From Christiangramia sp. (GTDB taxonomy: Bacteria > Bacteroidota > Bacteroidia > Flavobacteriales > Flavobacteriaceae): a stretch of DNA of 40,606 bases. The position numbers were made by a program, and so were the translations under genes. The notes under the pieces are model-generated. The model did not search any database, was not told the DNA's origin, and worked only from the letters and a program-made list of their open reading frames with translations. How positions within the stretch are numbered: position 1 is the first letter of the stretch; each line of letters starts with the position of its first letter. This document shows positions 25,806 through 37,037 of this stretch, piece after piece. The DNA is taken from positions 1 through 40,606 of the forward strand of contig JBFIMP010000001.1 of the NCBI GenBank assembly GCA_041611635.1, given 5' to 3'.

Positions 25806-25883
25806 AAAAAAATCAATTCTGTTGTTTGTTTAGGCGTACAAAAGTAAAAATCTTAAGTAGATATATCGTTAAACAAAATCAAT

Positions 25884-26273
25884 TTATTTCTTTTTTAACT
25901 TTATGAAATTCAGCAATAATATTGTCCATGCCAGTATTAATAAGGTTCCGCCAAGGGGTGTTATCAGAGCAATCGGTGTGAAATTTATTCCAGACAGCGA
26001 ACTTGTAGACAATAAATAGATGGACCCCGAAAAAAATAACACTCCAACCAATAATAAATAATAGACCCATTTAACCTTTTTTTCTGTTAGGAAATCAAAT
26101 CCACCCAGGATAAGAAATAAAAAGGCATGATACATTTGAAATCGAACTCCCGTTTCAAAGGAATTTAGTGATTCTGCTGAAATCGTTTCTTTTAATCCAT
26201 GTGCGGCAAAAGCGCCGAATATAACCGCGGTCAATCCAAAAATAGCCCCGGTTATCAAAAATCTCCTGTACAT
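25884..26273 (-). CDS. DUF423 (YgdD/TMEM256) membrane protein
   Basis: GAFAAHGL, QMYH, FSGSIY and TPLGG motifs. Confidence 0.88.
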   Translation of the reverse strand: MYRRFLITGAIFGLTAVIFGAFAAHGLKETISAESLNSFETGVRFQMYHAFLFLILGGFDFLTEKKVKWVYYLLLVGVLFFSGSIYLLSTSSLSGINFTPIALITPLGGTLLILAWTILLLNFIKLKKK

Positions 26274-26341
26274 TATTTCAATTTTATTTAACTCAAAGTT
26301 TTAATACATTCGTCAACAACTACACAAAACTAACTTAATTT

Positions 26342-27715
26342 ATGCGAGAAATTTTAATTGTGGGAGCAGGAAAATCTACCTCTGTTCTCATTGAATACCT
26401 GCTAAAACAGGCTGATAGTGAAAACTTGTTTTTGCGAATTGGTGATCTGGATATTGAAAATGCAAAAAAAGCCTGCAATAACCACTCTAAATGTGAGGCT
26501 TTTGAGCTGGATGTATTCAAAAAAGAAAGCCGGGAGCCGGCAATAGAACGTGCAGATATCATAATATCTATGTTGCCCGCCAGGTTCCACATAGAGGTTG
26601 CCAGAGATTGTTTAAAATTTGGAAAAAATATGGTCACCGCTTCGTATATAAGCGACGAGATGAAAGAGCTGGATGAAACGGTTAAGGAGAAAGGACTCGT
26701 TTTTATGAATGAGATAGGAGTTGATCCCGGGATAGATCATATGAGTGCCATGCAGGTGATAGACCGCATAAGGGAAAAGGGCGGCAAGATGTTGCTCTTT
26801 GAATCTTTCACCGGAGGACTGGTAGCTCCTGAAAGTGACAATAACCTATGGAATTATAAATTCACCTGGAATCCAAGAAATGTAGTGGTCGCAGGACAGG
26901 GTGGTGTTGCTGAATTTATCCAGGAAGGCAAGTATAAATACATTCCATACCAACGCCTATTTAGAAGAACAGAATTTCTGGAAATTGAAGGACATGGCAG
27001 ATTCGAGGGATATGCTAACAGAAACTCCCTGAAATATCAAAGTATCTACGGACTCGAAAATGCGCTTACCTTATATAGAGGAACTATAAGAAAAGTAGGT
27101 TTTAGTCGTGCCTGGAATATGTTCGTACAACTAGGAATGACAGATGACAGTTTCGAAATGAAAAATTCTGAAGATATGAGCTATCGTGATTTCATCAACT
27201 CCTTCCTTCCTTATTCACCAAGTGATTCTGTAGAATTAAAGGTTAGGCACAACTTGAAAATAGATCAGGATGACATCATGTGGGATAAATTAATTGAATT
27301 AGACCTATTTAATCCGGATAAAAAAATAGGGATCAAAAATGCCACTCCTGCCCAGGCACTTCAAAAAATCTTAATGGATAAATGGACCCTGTCTCCAGAA
27401 GACAAAGATATGATCGTGATGTATCATAAATTTGGATATGAACTCAATGGTAAAAAGAAACAAATAGATTCTACCATGGTCCACATTGGCGAGGACCAGT
27501 CTAAGACTGCCATGGCCAAAACTGTTGGCCTGCCAGTAGCAATGGCCACCGTGATGATACTAAATGGTGAGATAAAAACTCCGGGGGTCCAGTTGCCCAT
27601 TCAAAAAGAGGTATATGAGCCATTATTAAAGAAACTTGAGGAGCAGGATATTATATTTAAAGAAAAAGAGACAGAATACCTGGGATATAATCCATTTGGG
27701 GAAGTTGGCAATTAA
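26342..27715 (+). CDS. Saccharopine dehydrogenase family protein
   Basis: VGAG, TASY, EIGVDPGIDHM, YKFTWNP, RGTIR, AMAKTVG. Confidence 0.9.
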   Translation: MREILIVGAGKSTSVLIEYLLKQADSENLFLRIGDLDIENAKKACNNHSKCEAFELDVFKKESREPAIERADIIISMLPARFHIEVARDCLKFGKNMVTASYISDEMKELDETVKEKGLVFMNEIGVDPGIDHMSAMQVIDRIREKGGKMLLFESFTGGLVAPESDNNLWNYKFTWNPRNVVVAGQGGVAEFIQEGKYKYIPYQRLFRRTEFLEIEGHGRFEGYANRNSLKYQSIYGLENALTLYRGTIRKVGFSRAWNMFVQLGMTDDSFEMKNSEDMSYRDFINSFLPYSPSDSVELKVRHNLKIDQDDIMWDKLIELDLFNPDKKIGIKNATPAQALQKILMDKWTLSPEDKDMIVMYHKFGYELNGKKKQIDSTMVHIGEDQSKTAMAKTVGLPVAMATVMILNGEIKTPGVQLPIQKEVYEPLLKKLEEQDIIFKEKETEYLGYNPFGEVGN

Positions 27716-27766
27716 GAATGAGAAGCAATTTTGTATTTTTGCCTTACCATCAAAAAAAATTACCCT

Positions 27767-28237
27767 ATGAAAATTGTCAATGATAATGTAAAGCTGGACG
27801 GGATAGATAAGACCATACTTAATTTCCTGATGAAGGACGCTAAAAAACCGATCCTGGAGATCGCGAAGAATATAGGAATAACCGGTGCGGCAGTACATCA
27901 ACGCTTAAGAAAACTAGAGAAATCTGGTCTAATAGAAGGATCTAAAATGATGCTGGATGCAAGGCTGCTGGGTTATAAAACTATGGCTTTCGTTGGGGTT
28001 TATCTGGACAAGGCGGTAAGTAATCCGCAGGCTGTTAAACAGCTAAGCGAAATCCCGGAGGTTATAGAATGTCATTACACCACGGGCAATTGGTCTATAT
28101 TTTTAAAGATCCTTTGCCGCGATAATGAACATTTAATGCATGTTCTTAATAAGAATATCCAGGCTATCGACGGAGTTTCCCGAACAGAAACTTTTATATC
28201 GCTGAATCAACAAATAGACCGGCAAATAAAGATTTAA
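27767..28237 (+). CDS. Lrp/AsnC family transcriptional regulator (AsnC-like)
   Basis: N-terminal HTH (AVHQRLRKL), ECHYTTG, RTETFIS. Start moved to ATG 27767; -7 TATTTTTG at 27734-27741. Confidence 0.9.
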   Translation: MKIVNDNVKLDGIDKTILNFLMKDAKKPILEIAKNIGITGAAVHQRLRKLEKSGLIEGSKMMLDARLLGYKTMAFVGVYLDKAVSNPQAVKQLSEIPEVIECHYTTGNWSIFLKILCRDNEHLMHVLNKNIQAIDGVSRTETFISLNQQIDRQIKI

Positions 28238-28240
28238 AAC

Positions 28241-28276
28241 AAAAAAAAGCTGCCCTTAAAAAGCAGCTTTTTTTTT
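28241..28276. terminator. Bidirectional terminator
   Basis: A8-GCTGC...GCAGC-T9 between convergent genes. Confidence 0.85.
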
Positions 28277-28294
28277 ATTGATTTACTATTTCAC

Positions 28295-28987
28295 CTAATC
28301 TCTTCCCATAAATATCCCTACGAAATAAAGCAGAGTAGCTAAAGAACCAACGGCAGCTACCACATATGTTCTTGCTGCCCATTTAAGTGAGTCTTCAGCG
28401 GCATCGTGTTCTGCGCTGGTCAGCATATTTTCTGTTTCCAGCCAAACCAGGGCTCGTTTACTAGCGTCATATTCTACCGGCAAAGTAATGAAGCTGAAAA
28501 GTGTACCCATGGCATACATTATTATACCTATAAGAAGTACCGTTTGCCCAACTCCAACTCCAACCATGGTCATTAAAATAAGACCTCCAAAGATCGCCCA
28601 TTGCGATAATTTCGACGCTACACTAACCACTGGCACCAGCTTACTTCTCATTTGAAGCCAGCTATAAGCTTTTGCATGCTGTACGGCATGTCCACATTCG
28701 TGAGCGGCAACAGCAGCAGCAGCAGCGTTTCTTTGTGAATATACTCCTTCACTCAAGTTGACGGTCTTTTTTGCAGGGTTATAATGATCTGATAGCATAC
28801 CCGGTGTGGAGATCACCTTCACATCATCTATCCCGTTGTCCCGTAACATTTTCTCAGCGATTTCCTTACCGCTCATTCCATTCTGCAAATGAACTTTAGA
28901 GTATTCCTTGAATTTACTCTTTAGCCTGTTGCTAACATACATACTTACTAAAAAAATAAGTCCGGCAATTATATAATATCCCATCAT
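28295..28987 (-). CDS. Membrane neutral zinc metallopeptidase (YugP-like)
   Basis: DHYNP, AAHECGHAVQH (HExxH), TLPVEYDAS, AARTYV. Confidence 0.88.
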   Translation of the reverse strand: MMGYYIIAGLIFLVSMYVSNRLKSKFKEYSKVHLQNGMSGKEIAEKMLRDNGIDDVKVISTPGMLSDHYNPAKKTVNLSEGVYSQRNAAAAAVAAHECGHAVQHAKAYSWLQMRSKLVPVVSVASKLSQWAIFGGLILMTMVGVGVGQTVLLIGIIMYAMGTLFSFITLPVEYDASKRALVWLETENMLTSAEHDAAEDSLKWAARTYVVAAVGSLATLLYFVGIFMGRD

Positions 28988-29182
28988 AGGTCAATTTTTT
29001 ATCTGTTTATTAGGAATCAAAGATATCAAAAATCTGGCCAGATAAGTTCAATTCAGAAGGCTGTCAAAAGCTAAAACAAGTTAATTTCTATTAAATGCTT
29101 CCAAATGCTTCTCAAAAAAATGCGCATATATTTCACAAATTCAGATATTAGCTATATTTGCAACGATTAATAAAAATCAGCT

Positions 29183-29890
29183 ATGCAATACAACAGAATA
29201 CTTTTAAAACTATCAGGAGAAGCTTTGATGGGAAACCGCCAATATGGCATTGATCCAGAGAAGCTGGCAGAATATGCAGAAGAAATAAAATCGGTAGTTG
29301 ATAAAGGTGTTGAACTGGCCATAGTTATTGGTGGAGGGAATATTTTTCGCGGAGTTGCCGGAGCAAGCCGCGGAATGGACAGAGTGCAGGGAGACCATAT
29401 GGGAATGCTTGCCACAGTGATCAACGGTCTAGCTTTACAAAGCGCCCTTGAAGATGCCGATATCCAGACCAGATTACAATCAGCAATTAAGATCAACGAG
29501 GTAGCAGAACCTTTTATCCGCAGAAAGGCAATAAGACATCTTGAAAAAGGACGAGTGGTTATTTTTGGAGGTGGAACGGGAAATCCTTATTTCACAACAG
29601 ATTCTGCTGCTGTGCTTAGAGCCATAGAGATCAAAGCCGATGTTATTCTAAAAGGTACGCGTGTAGACGGAATCTATACTTCAGACCCTGAAAAGGATAA
29701 AGAAGCCACTAAATTCGATTTTATTACATTTGAGGATGTTATAAAAAAAGGCTTGAAAGTTATGGATACCACCGCTTTCACTTTAAGCCAGGAAAACGAA
29801 TTACCAATAATCGTGTTCGACATGAATAAACCTGGTAACCTTCTTAAAGTTGCTACCGGAGAACGTGTTGGAACAAAAGTGAACCTATAA
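29183..29890 (+). CDS. pyrH: UMP kinase
   Basis: [29 protein letters not shown]. -7 TATATTTG at 29153-29160. Confidence 0.97.
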   Translation: MQYNRILLKLSGEALMGNRQYGIDPEKLAEYAEEIKSVVDKGVELAIVIGGGNIFRGVAGASRGMDRVQGDHMGMLATVINGLALQSALEDADIQTRLQSAIKINEVAEPFIRRKAIRHLEKGRVVIFGGGTGNPYFTTDSAAVLRAIEIKADVILKGTRVDGIYTSDPEKDKEATKFDFITFEDVIKKGLKVMDTTAFTLSQENELPIIVFDMNKPGNLLKVATGERVGTKVNL

Positions 29891-29915
29891 ATCTGAACTT
29901 GAAAATTACTATAAA

Positions 29916-30467
29916 ATGGATGAAGTTGAATTTATTCTAGAAGAAGCAAAAGAAGGAATGGAAAAAGCCATTTCGCATCTTAAAAAACAACTTTCGAATA
30001 TACGCGCAGGAAAAGCCAGTCCAAGCATGCTTGGTAGTGTGATGGTTGAATATTATGGAGCACAGACTCCGCTTCAACAGGTTGCCAATGTGAATACTCC
30101 AGATGCCAGAACCCTATCTATCCAGCCTTTTGAAAAGAGCATGATCCAGGAGATAGAAAAAGGGATTATGATGGCAAATCTTGGTTTCAATCCAATGAAC
30201 AATGGGGAAAGCGTAATTATTAATGTACCACCCCTAACCGAAGAAAGAAGGAAACAACTTTCCAAGCAGGCGAAAGCTGAAGCTGAAGATGCAAAGGTTG
30301 GTGTTAGAAATGACAGAAAACAGGCAAATCAGGAACTTAAAAAACTTGATATTTCAGAAGATCTTTTGAAAACTTCTGAAGATGAAGTTCAGGAATTAAC
30401 CAATAGCTATATTGAAAGAATAGATAAAATTCTTGCAGTAAAAGAAAAAGAGATCATGACTGTTTAA
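29916..30467 (+). CDS. frr: Ribosome recycling factor
   Basis: IRAGKA, YYG, PPLTEERRK; follows pyrH. Confidence 0.97.
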   Translation: MDEVEFILEEAKEGMEKAISHLKKQLSNIRAGKASPSMLGSVMVEYYGAQTPLQQVANVNTPDARTLSIQPFEKSMIQEIEKGIMMANLGFNPMNNGESVIINVPPLTEERRKQLSKQAKAEAEDAKVGVRNDRKQANQELKKLDISEDLLKTSEDEVQELTNSYIERIDKILAVKEKEIMTV

Positions 30468-30489
30468 TGCTCTCTCCATCACAAAAGTT

Positions 30490-30536
30490 TGCCGGCTTGG
30501 ATCTGAAATCGCTTCAGATTTGATCCGGCATTTTTT
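30490..30536 (+). terminator. Intrinsic terminator after frr
   Basis: TGCCGG...ATCTGAA-atcgc-TTCAGAT...CCGGCA followed by TTTTTT. Confidence 0.75.
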
Positions 30537-30567
30537 ATTTTAATCATATTATAAGTTACAACCCTAA

Positions 30568-33024
30568 ATGAGATCCCCCCTACTCCTAATTTTACTCTTT
30601 TTTAGTTCGGGCCTGTTTGCGCAGACGATCCCGGGTAGGGTAATAAATAAGCAAACCAAGAAGCCTCTTGCCTATGCCGAGATACAGTTGGGTAAAGGCA
30701 CCCAGATACTAACCAATATCGATGGTAGTTTTGAGATACAGTTAGAAAAAGACATAGACAGCATCCAATTTTCCTATGTTGGTTATAAGACCTTAAAAGT
30801 TCAGATTAGCAAAGATACCAGGTATTTACAGGTAGGAATGACGCCGGCCTATGAGCAACTGCAAACCGTCATGATCACAAACGGAAAAAATCCTGCAGAC
30901 CTCATCATAGAGAAAGCGATTAGGAACCGGGATAAGAACGATCCTGAAAAAGCTTTACCGGGATTTAAATATAAGGCCTACACCAAGTTTATTGTTGATA
31001 ACGATCCTGGTAATATGGAAATGATCGCCGATTCCACTTCAGCAGCGATTCAGACGATAATCAATGAAGGAAGGGGGTACCTCTCTGAAAGAGTTTCAGA
31101 ACATTTATATGATCAAAAAAGGGGTGGAAAGGAAAAGGTCCTCGGGATAAGAACTGCCGGCTTTAAAAATCCAGTTTACAAGGTTCTGGCCATGGATATA
31201 AATCCATTTTCACTTTATAAGAAGGAATATAATCTTTATAAAACAGAGTATGCAGGCCCATTAGCCAACAATGCCTTTAAAAATTACGAATACAGAATAC
31301 TCGATACCACTTCATCTGAAAGGCCGGCATATATGGTCTATTTCAAACCAAAACGCGAAAAAGTAGTAGCGGGCCTGGAAGGAGTCTTATACCTGGATAC
31401 CATAAGTTTTGCTATCCAAAAGGCAAAAGCTCAATTATTGGGAGCCATCAGGCTAGAGGTAAACCATAGCTACGAATATTATCCTGAAAAAGACATCTGG
31501 TTTCCTTCAGGACAGTCCACAAAAATAAGACCTGGCTCAGGTGGAAAAGAGATCGCCGTTTTTGGTGGAACCATACAGATGGGTGCAGTACAACAAAAAA
31601 AAGGCGTCTTAAGCACCATTTTTGGCACTGACGAGATCTCCAGGAATATCTACCTGAATTCTGTTAGCAGCAATTACGAAATCAATCTGGATTACACTGG
31701 CAAAATAGAGAATCTGGGGGCCGACATAGACGTAAACGAAGATGCGGTGAACAAACCTCAAGAATTCTGGACTAATAACAGAAAACTGGAATATAGCGAG
31801 CGTGACCAGGCCACAGAAAAGAAAGTAGAAAGTCTTTTGAAAGCCGGGAACGTGGAACGCAAGATAGAGGTAAAACAAGCCATGGCGTCAGGCTCCTACC
31901 CCCTGGGATTCTGGAATATTGACCTGAGCAAAATATTCAAGTTCAGTAATTACGAAGGGATACGCTTAGGATTTGGTGGCAGAACCAACGATCTTTTTAG
32001 CACAAAATATAATCTTAACGGCTACACAACCTACGGTTTTAAAGATGAAGTTTTAAAATACAGCGCAGGTACTCAAATCTATCTGAATAAAAAAACAGGC
32101 ACCAATCTTAACTTCTCGATCACTAAAGACATACAGGAAACAGCTTCTTTTAATTATCTAAAAGGAGAAAATACTTTCGCAATCCTGGTTCCTCGTTTTG
32201 TAAACATTAATTTCTATTACACCTACAATAGCTATGCAGCCAGCCTGGAACATCGAATCACTCCAAAATTGGATACACAGTTTCAAATCGCCAGGGAAGA
32301 GATCACTCAAACCAGGGCATACAGTTTTTTAAACGAAGGAGAAAGCAACGAAGAATATAAACTGGCCAAAGCCACTTTTTCTTTTATCTGGAGACCTTTT
32401 TCCAGATTTTTGAATACTCCTAAAAGCAATATTATCCTTGAAAAGGAGTTCCCTCAATTCACAGGGCAAATAGAGCAGTCATTTTCTAGCTTTGGAGGTG
32501 ATTTTAGTTTTACAAGAATAGGCATCAAGGCTGAACATGAGATTAAAAGGCTTGACAGGTCCAGGACAGAATTTATTCTGGAAGGAAACTATGGTTTTGG
32601 AGATCTTCCATTGACGCACGCTTTTCATGCAAATCCAAATAATCCGGACCGGGATAATATATTCAGGCGTTTTTCCATTGCTGGAAGAAATAGTTTTGAG
32701 ACCATGTACTATAATGAATTTTTTAGTGATAGACAGGCAACTATTCACATTAGACACCAGTTGCGACCCTTTATTATCTCAGAAAGCTTTCAGCCAGAAA
32801 TGGTATTTATAACTAGGTATGCCATTGGAGATTTTAACAATCAGGAAAAACATCAAGATATTTCCTTTAACACCTTAAACCATGGCTATGCTGAATCTGG
32901 AGTTGAATTAAATAAGATTCTTGCCGGGTTTGGACTTGGAGCAGCATACAGATATGGAGCATATCACCTTGATGAATTTAAAAAGAATTTTGCTTTCAAA
33001 TTCACTTTGCAACTACAGTTGTAA
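30568..33024 (+). CDS. Outer-membrane protein, carboxypeptidase-regulatory-like N-domain plus DUF5686-like barrel
   Basis: Signal peptide, TNIDGSF, SYVGY, NYEGIRLG, EFFSD, YRYG and amphipathic C-terminal strands. Confidence 0.7.
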   Translation: MRSPLLLILLFFSSGLFAQTIPGRVINKQTKKPLAYAEIQLGKGTQILTNIDGSFEIQLEKDIDSIQFSYVGYKTLKVQISKDTRYLQVGMTPAYEQLQTVMITNGKNPADLIIEKAIRNRDKNDPEKALPGFKYKAYTKFIVDNDPGNMEMIADSTSAAIQTIINEGRGYLSERVSEHLYDQKRGGKEKVLGIRTAGFKNPVYKVLAMDINPFSLYKKEYNLYKTEYAGPLANNAFKNYEYRILDTTSSERPAYMVYFKPKREKVVAGLEGVLYLDTISFAIQKAKAQLLGAIRLEVNHSYEYYPEKDIWFPSGQSTKIRPGSGGKEIAVFGGTIQMGAVQQKKGVLSTIFGTDEISRNIYLNSVSSNYEINLDYTGKIENLGADIDVNEDAVNKPQEFWTNNRKLEYSERDQATEKKVESLLKAGNVERKIEVKQAMASGSYPLGFWNIDLSKIFKFSNYEGIRLGFGGRTNDLFSTKYNLNGYTTYGFKDEVLKYSAGTQIYLNKKTGTNLNFSITKDIQETASFNYLKGENTFAILVPRFVNINFYYTYNSYAASLEHRITPKLDTQFQIAREEITQTRAYSFLNEGESNEEYKLAKATFSFIWRPFSRFLNTPKSNIILEKEFPQFTGQIEQSFSSFGGDFSFTRIGIKAEHEIKRLDRSRTEFILEGNYGFGDLPLTHAFHANPNNPDRDNIFRRFSIAGRNSFETMYYNEFFSDRQATIHIRHQLRPFIISESFQPEMVFITRYAIGDFNNQEKHQDISFNTLNHGYAESGVELNKILAGFGLGAAYRYGAYHLDEFKKNFAFKFTLQLQL

Positions 33025-33100
33025 TAATCCCAAGATTAATCGTTTATTACGAGCTAATTAAAGTAGCTTTTTTCTAACTTTGCGCCGCTAAAATAAAGCC

Positions 33101-35515
33101 ATGCATAAGATATTTAGCTTTGGATTCTGGAATTCCATCGCCCGCCTTATTCTAAGAAACAGGATCATCATTATTATTTTGGTCGCCGTTGCCACGTTCT
33201 TGCTTTCTACACAATGGAAGAACATGCGCTTTTCTTACACGGAAGCCAATCTGATGCCTAACGACCATCCCGTCAACATCAGTTATGATGATTTCCTGAA
33301 TAAGTTTGGCGAAGAAGGTAATTTAATCTTACTGGGAGTTCAGGATTCGGCTCTTTTTACGCCTGAAAAGTTCAAAGCATGGAACGAACTTACCCGGAGG
33401 CTAACCTCTTACCCAGAAGTAGATCATATTATTTCCCCGGCAAGCCTTCAGGAGCTCAAAAAGTTTGAAGATCCCAAGCGTTTTGAAATGGTTCCAGTTT
33501 TAACAGACAACGAGCCAAACACCACCCAACTAAAAGAGTTTGAAAGAAAGCTTTTCACGGCGCTTCCTTTTTATGAGAACCTGGTTTACAGTTCGCATTC
33601 CAATACCATCCAATCTGCGATGTATCTGAATAAAGAACTGGTGAATACAAAAGCACGGAAGATCTTTGTTCTGGAAGAACTGGATCCTCTAATCCAGGAA
33701 TTTGAAGAAAAACATGGTATTGACGTTCGCGTTTCTGGGATGCCTTATATAAGAACCCTTAATGCCCAGAATATCGTAGACGAAATTGGATTATTTATCC
33801 TGGCAGCTCTGCTGGTAACATCATTGATATTCTTTTTCTTTTTCAGATCTATTAGGGCTACATTAATTTCAATGTTCACGGTTTGTATTGGGGTAATGTG
33901 GGCCTTCGGGGTAATAGGATTGCTTCATTATGAGATCACTATCCTAACCGCTTTGATCCCTCCACTTATTATTGTGATAGGTATCCCGAACTGTATCTTC
34001 CTGATCAATAAATATCAGCAGGAAATCCAAAAGCATGGGAATCAGGCAAAATCTTTGCAAAGAGTCATTACCAAGGTAGGGAACGCTACTTTATTGACCA
34101 ACCTCACCACGGCTTCAGGATTCGCTACTTTTATTTTAACCGACAGCCAGTTACTAAGAGAATTTGGGGTGGTAGCATCGATAAATATCATCGCCATATT
34201 TGTTTTAAGCCTGTTGATAATTCCAATTATTTACAGCTACCTGAAACCTCCAAAAGATAGACACTTAAAGCATTTAACGAAAAAGTGGATCGGTGGTTTA
34301 ACGGCCTGGATGGAAAATATGGTTAGAAACCACAGGATCGCTATTTATATCACTTCAGTTTTTTTACTTGTTGCCAGTATCATTGGTATATATACCATTA
34401 AGATCTCTGGAAGTATCCTGGAAGACATGCCTCATAACACCGCATTTTATAAGGACGTAAAATTCTTTGAAAGGGAATTTGACGGGGTTATGCCTTTAGA
34501 AATTCTTATCGATACTAAAAGACCGAAGGGAGTGATGAAACTCTCAACCCTTAAAAAGATGGATCAACTGGAGAGCTTCATCCAGGATATTCCTGAACTT
34601 TCAAAACCGCTTTCGGTGAACAGGCTGGTAAAATATTCAAAGCAGGCATATTATAATGGCAATCCAAAATATTACCAGTTACCCTCCTCACAGGAACGCA
34701 ATTTTATCATGCCTTACGCTAAAAGTCTTTCCTCCAGTGAAGGAATCATGCAGTCCTATGTAGATCCCACAGGGCAGTATGCCCGTATCACCACTTTTAT
34801 GAAAGATGTGGGCACAGAAAAGATGGAGGAGATCGAAAATGATCTGCTGCCACAGATAAATAAAATATTTCCAGAAGACAGGTATGATGTTTCTATTACC
34901 GGGAAAGCACTGCTCTTTCAAAAAGGGACCAATTACCTGGTAAAGAACCTAATTATTTCCCTGGGTCTTGCGATTATTCTTATTGCCATTTTAATGGCCT
35001 GGATGTTCAGGAGTTTCAGAATGATCATTATATCCCTGGTACCAAACCTATTACCTTTACTCGTCACAGCTGGGGTTATGGGATTCCTTGGTGTTCCCAT
35101 AAAACCATCAACTATCCTGGTATTTAGTATTGCTTTTGGTATCTCTGTGGATGACACCATACATTTCCTGGCAAAATACCGACAGGAATTAAAGGCCAAT
35201 AAGTGGAAGATAAAACGGTCGGTTTATGCTGCGCTGAAGGAGACAGGAGTAAGTATGTTCTATACCTCCATCGTTCTTTTCTTTGGATTTTCAGTATTTA
35301 TGATTAGTAGTTTCGGCGGAACAGTTGCTCTGGGAGGACTTGTTTCAGCCACACTATTGTTCGCCATGCTGGCCAACCTGTTATTGCTGCCTTCTTTGCT
35401 GTTATCACTGGAAAGAAGCATCGCTAATAAGAAAGTATTAAAAGAACCGGCCATGAAGATCATCGAGACCGAAGAGGATGAAAAAGAGTACAGTATAACA
35501 GAGCACAAGAATTAA
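33101..35515 (+). CDS. RND superfamily MMPL-type transporter
   Basis: Duplicated TM/periplasmic architecture, GISVDDTIH, LTTASGF. -7 TAACTTTG at 33075-33082. Confidence 0.85.
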   Translation: MHKIFSFGFWNSIARLILRNRIIIIILVAVATFLLSTQWKNMRFSYTEANLMPNDHPVNISYDDFLNKFGEEGNLILLGVQDSALFTPEKFKAWNELTRRLTSYPEVDHIISPASLQELKKFEDPKRFEMVPVLTDNEPNTTQLKEFERKLFTALPFYENLVYSSHSNTIQSAMYLNKELVNTKARKIFVLEELDPLIQEFEEKHGIDVRVSGMPYIRTLNAQNIVDEIGLFILAALLVTSLIFFFFFRSIRATLISMFTVCIGVMWAFGVIGLLHYEITILTALIPPLIIVIGIPNCIFLINKYQQEIQKHGNQAKSLQRVITKVGNATLLTNLTTASGFATFILTDSQLLREFGVVASINIIAIFVLSLLIIPIIYSYLKPPKDRHLKHLTKKWIGGLTAWMENMVRNHRIAIYITSVFLLVASIIGIYTIKISGSILEDMPHNTAFYKDVKFFEREFDGVMPLEILIDTKRPKGVMKLSTLKKMDQLESFIQDIPELSKPLSVNRLVKYSKQAYYNGNPKYYQLPSSQERNFIMPYAKSLSSSEGIMQSYVDPTGQYARITTFMKDVGTEKMEEIENDLLPQINKIFPEDRYDVSITGKALLFQKGTNYLVKNLIISLGLAIILIAILMAWMFRSFRMIIISLVPNLLPLLVTAGVMGFLGVPIKPSTILVFSIAFGISVDDTIHFLAKYRQELKANKWKIKRSVYAALKETGVSMFYTSIVLFFGFSVFMISSFGGTVALGGLVSATLLFAMLANLLLLPSLLLSLERSIANKKVLKEPAMKIIETEEDEKEYSITEHKN

Positions 35516-35591
35516 AAATATTAATAAAAACAGCCTGCTTGCTAAGCTTCAGGCGAAAAACTATCTTTGTTTTTTTCTAAATTTCAACTAA

Positions 35592-37034
35592 ATGATACAA
35601 GCAAAAATCGCTGAAATACTGAAAAGCGATCAGTTTTTACAGGAATACCATGTTCAAGGTTGGGTACGCTCTTTCAGGAGCAATAGGTTTATCGCCCTTA
35701 ATGATGGTTCAACCCTAAAAAACCTACAATGTGTTATCGATTTTGAAAATACCGATGAGGAGATAATCAAGAGGATTAATGTAGGAGCAGCGATCTCTGT
35801 GAAAGGGACCTTGAAAGAGAGTCAGGGTAGCCAGCAACGTGAAGAAATTGAAGTTTCGGAAATTGAAATTCTTGGCGACGCCAATCCGGAAGAAGTTAAA
35901 CTAACTATTCTTTCTCCAAAGAAACATAGTATGGAAAAACTTCGCGAACAGGCACATTTGCGTGTTCGAACCAATACTTTTGGCGCAGTGATGCGTGTAA
36001 GAAGCAGACTGTCTTTTGCGGTACATAAATACTTCCAGGACAGGAATTTCTTTTATGTAAACACTCCTATTATTACAGGAAGTGATGCTGAAGGTGCAGG
36101 TGAAATGTTCAAAGTAACCGCGATGGACCTTAAAAATCCTCCTAAGAACGAGGATGGAAGTATCAATTATAAGGAAGATTTCTTCGGAAAAGAAACCAAC
36201 CTTACCGTATCTGGCCAGCTGGAAGCTGAAACTTTCGCTTTAGGTCTGGGACAGGTTTATACGTTTGGACCTACCTTTAGAGCTGAAAACTCAAATACTT
36301 CCCGCCATCTTGCTGAATTCTGGATGATAGAACCGGAAGTTGCTTTTTGCGACCTTGATGGTAATATGGATCTCGCCGAAGACTTCATAAAGTGTGTATT
36401 AAAATACATCATCGAGAACTGTAAAGAAGATCTTGAATTCCTTGCCGAAAGACAGGAAAACGAAGACAAGCTTAAGCCAAAGGCTGAAAGAAGCGATATG
36501 AATCTTCTGGAGAAGCTAAACTTTGTACTGGAGAATAACTTTAAGCGGGTTAGCTATACCGAAGCTATCGAGATCCTTAAAAACTCCAAGCCTAACAAGA
36601 AGAAAAAATTCAATTATATCATTGAAGAATGGGGTGCAGATCTGCAAAGTGAGCACGAAAGATATTTAGTTGAAAAACACTTTAAATGTCCTGTTATTCT
36701 TTTCGACTATCCTGCAAATATCAAAGCCTTCTATATGAGACTTAATGAGGATGGCAAAACGGTAAGAGCGATGGATATCCTATTCCCCGGTATTGGGGAG
36801 ATCGTTGGAGGAAGCCAGCGGGAAGAACGTCTTGACGTACTTAAGGAAAAGATGGCCGAACTGGATATTCCTGAGGAAGAACTTTGGTGGTACCTGGATA
36901 CCCGTAAGTTTGGAACCTGTGTACATAGCGGCTTTGGATTAGGTTTCGAAAGACTCGTACAATTCACCACCGGAATGGGTAACATTCGTGATGTAATACC
37001 TTTCCCAAGGACTCCACAGAACGCAGAATTTTAA
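35592..37034 (+). CDS. asnS: Asparagine--tRNA ligase
   Basis: [38 protein letters not shown]. Promoter CTTG, 20 bp, TATCTTTG (35538-35569). Confidence 0.97.
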   Translation: MIQAKIAEILKSDQFLQEYHVQGWVRSFRSNRFIALNDGSTLKNLQCVIDFENTDEEIIKRINVGAAISVKGTLKESQGSQQREEIEVSEIEILGDANPEEVKLTILSPKKHSMEKLREQAHLRVRTNTFGAVMRVRSRLSFAVHKYFQDRNFFYVNTPIITGSDAEGAGEMFKVTAMDLKNPPKNEDGSINYKEDFFGKETNLTVSGQLEAETFALGLGQVYTFGPTFRAENSNTSRHLAEFWMIEPEVAFCDLDGNMDLAEDFIKCVLKYIIENCKEDLEFLAERQENEDKLKPKAERSDMNLLEKLNFVLENNFKRVSYTEAIEILKNSKPNKKKKFNYIIEEWGADLQSEHERYLVEKHFKCPVILFDYPANIKAFYMRLNEDGKTVRAMDILFPGIGEIVGGSQREERLDVLKEKMAELDIPEEELWWYLDTRKFGTCVHSGFGLGFERLVQFTTGMGNIRDVIPFPRTPQNAEF

Positions 37035-37037
37035 CTT

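Noticed and set aside
28700-28730. GCA triplet run (poly-Ala) in the zinc peptidase as a contingency repeat
   Set aside because: In-frame, short and part of the Ala-rich helix before HExxH typical of this family.
29093-29123. AAATGCTTC direct repeat upstream of pyrH
   Set aside because: Only two full copies in AT-rich DNA; not distinguishable from chance without conservation data.
35516-35591. T-box or attenuator upstream of asnS (and tyrS)
   Set aside because: Predicted leaders are very short and contain no T-box consensus.
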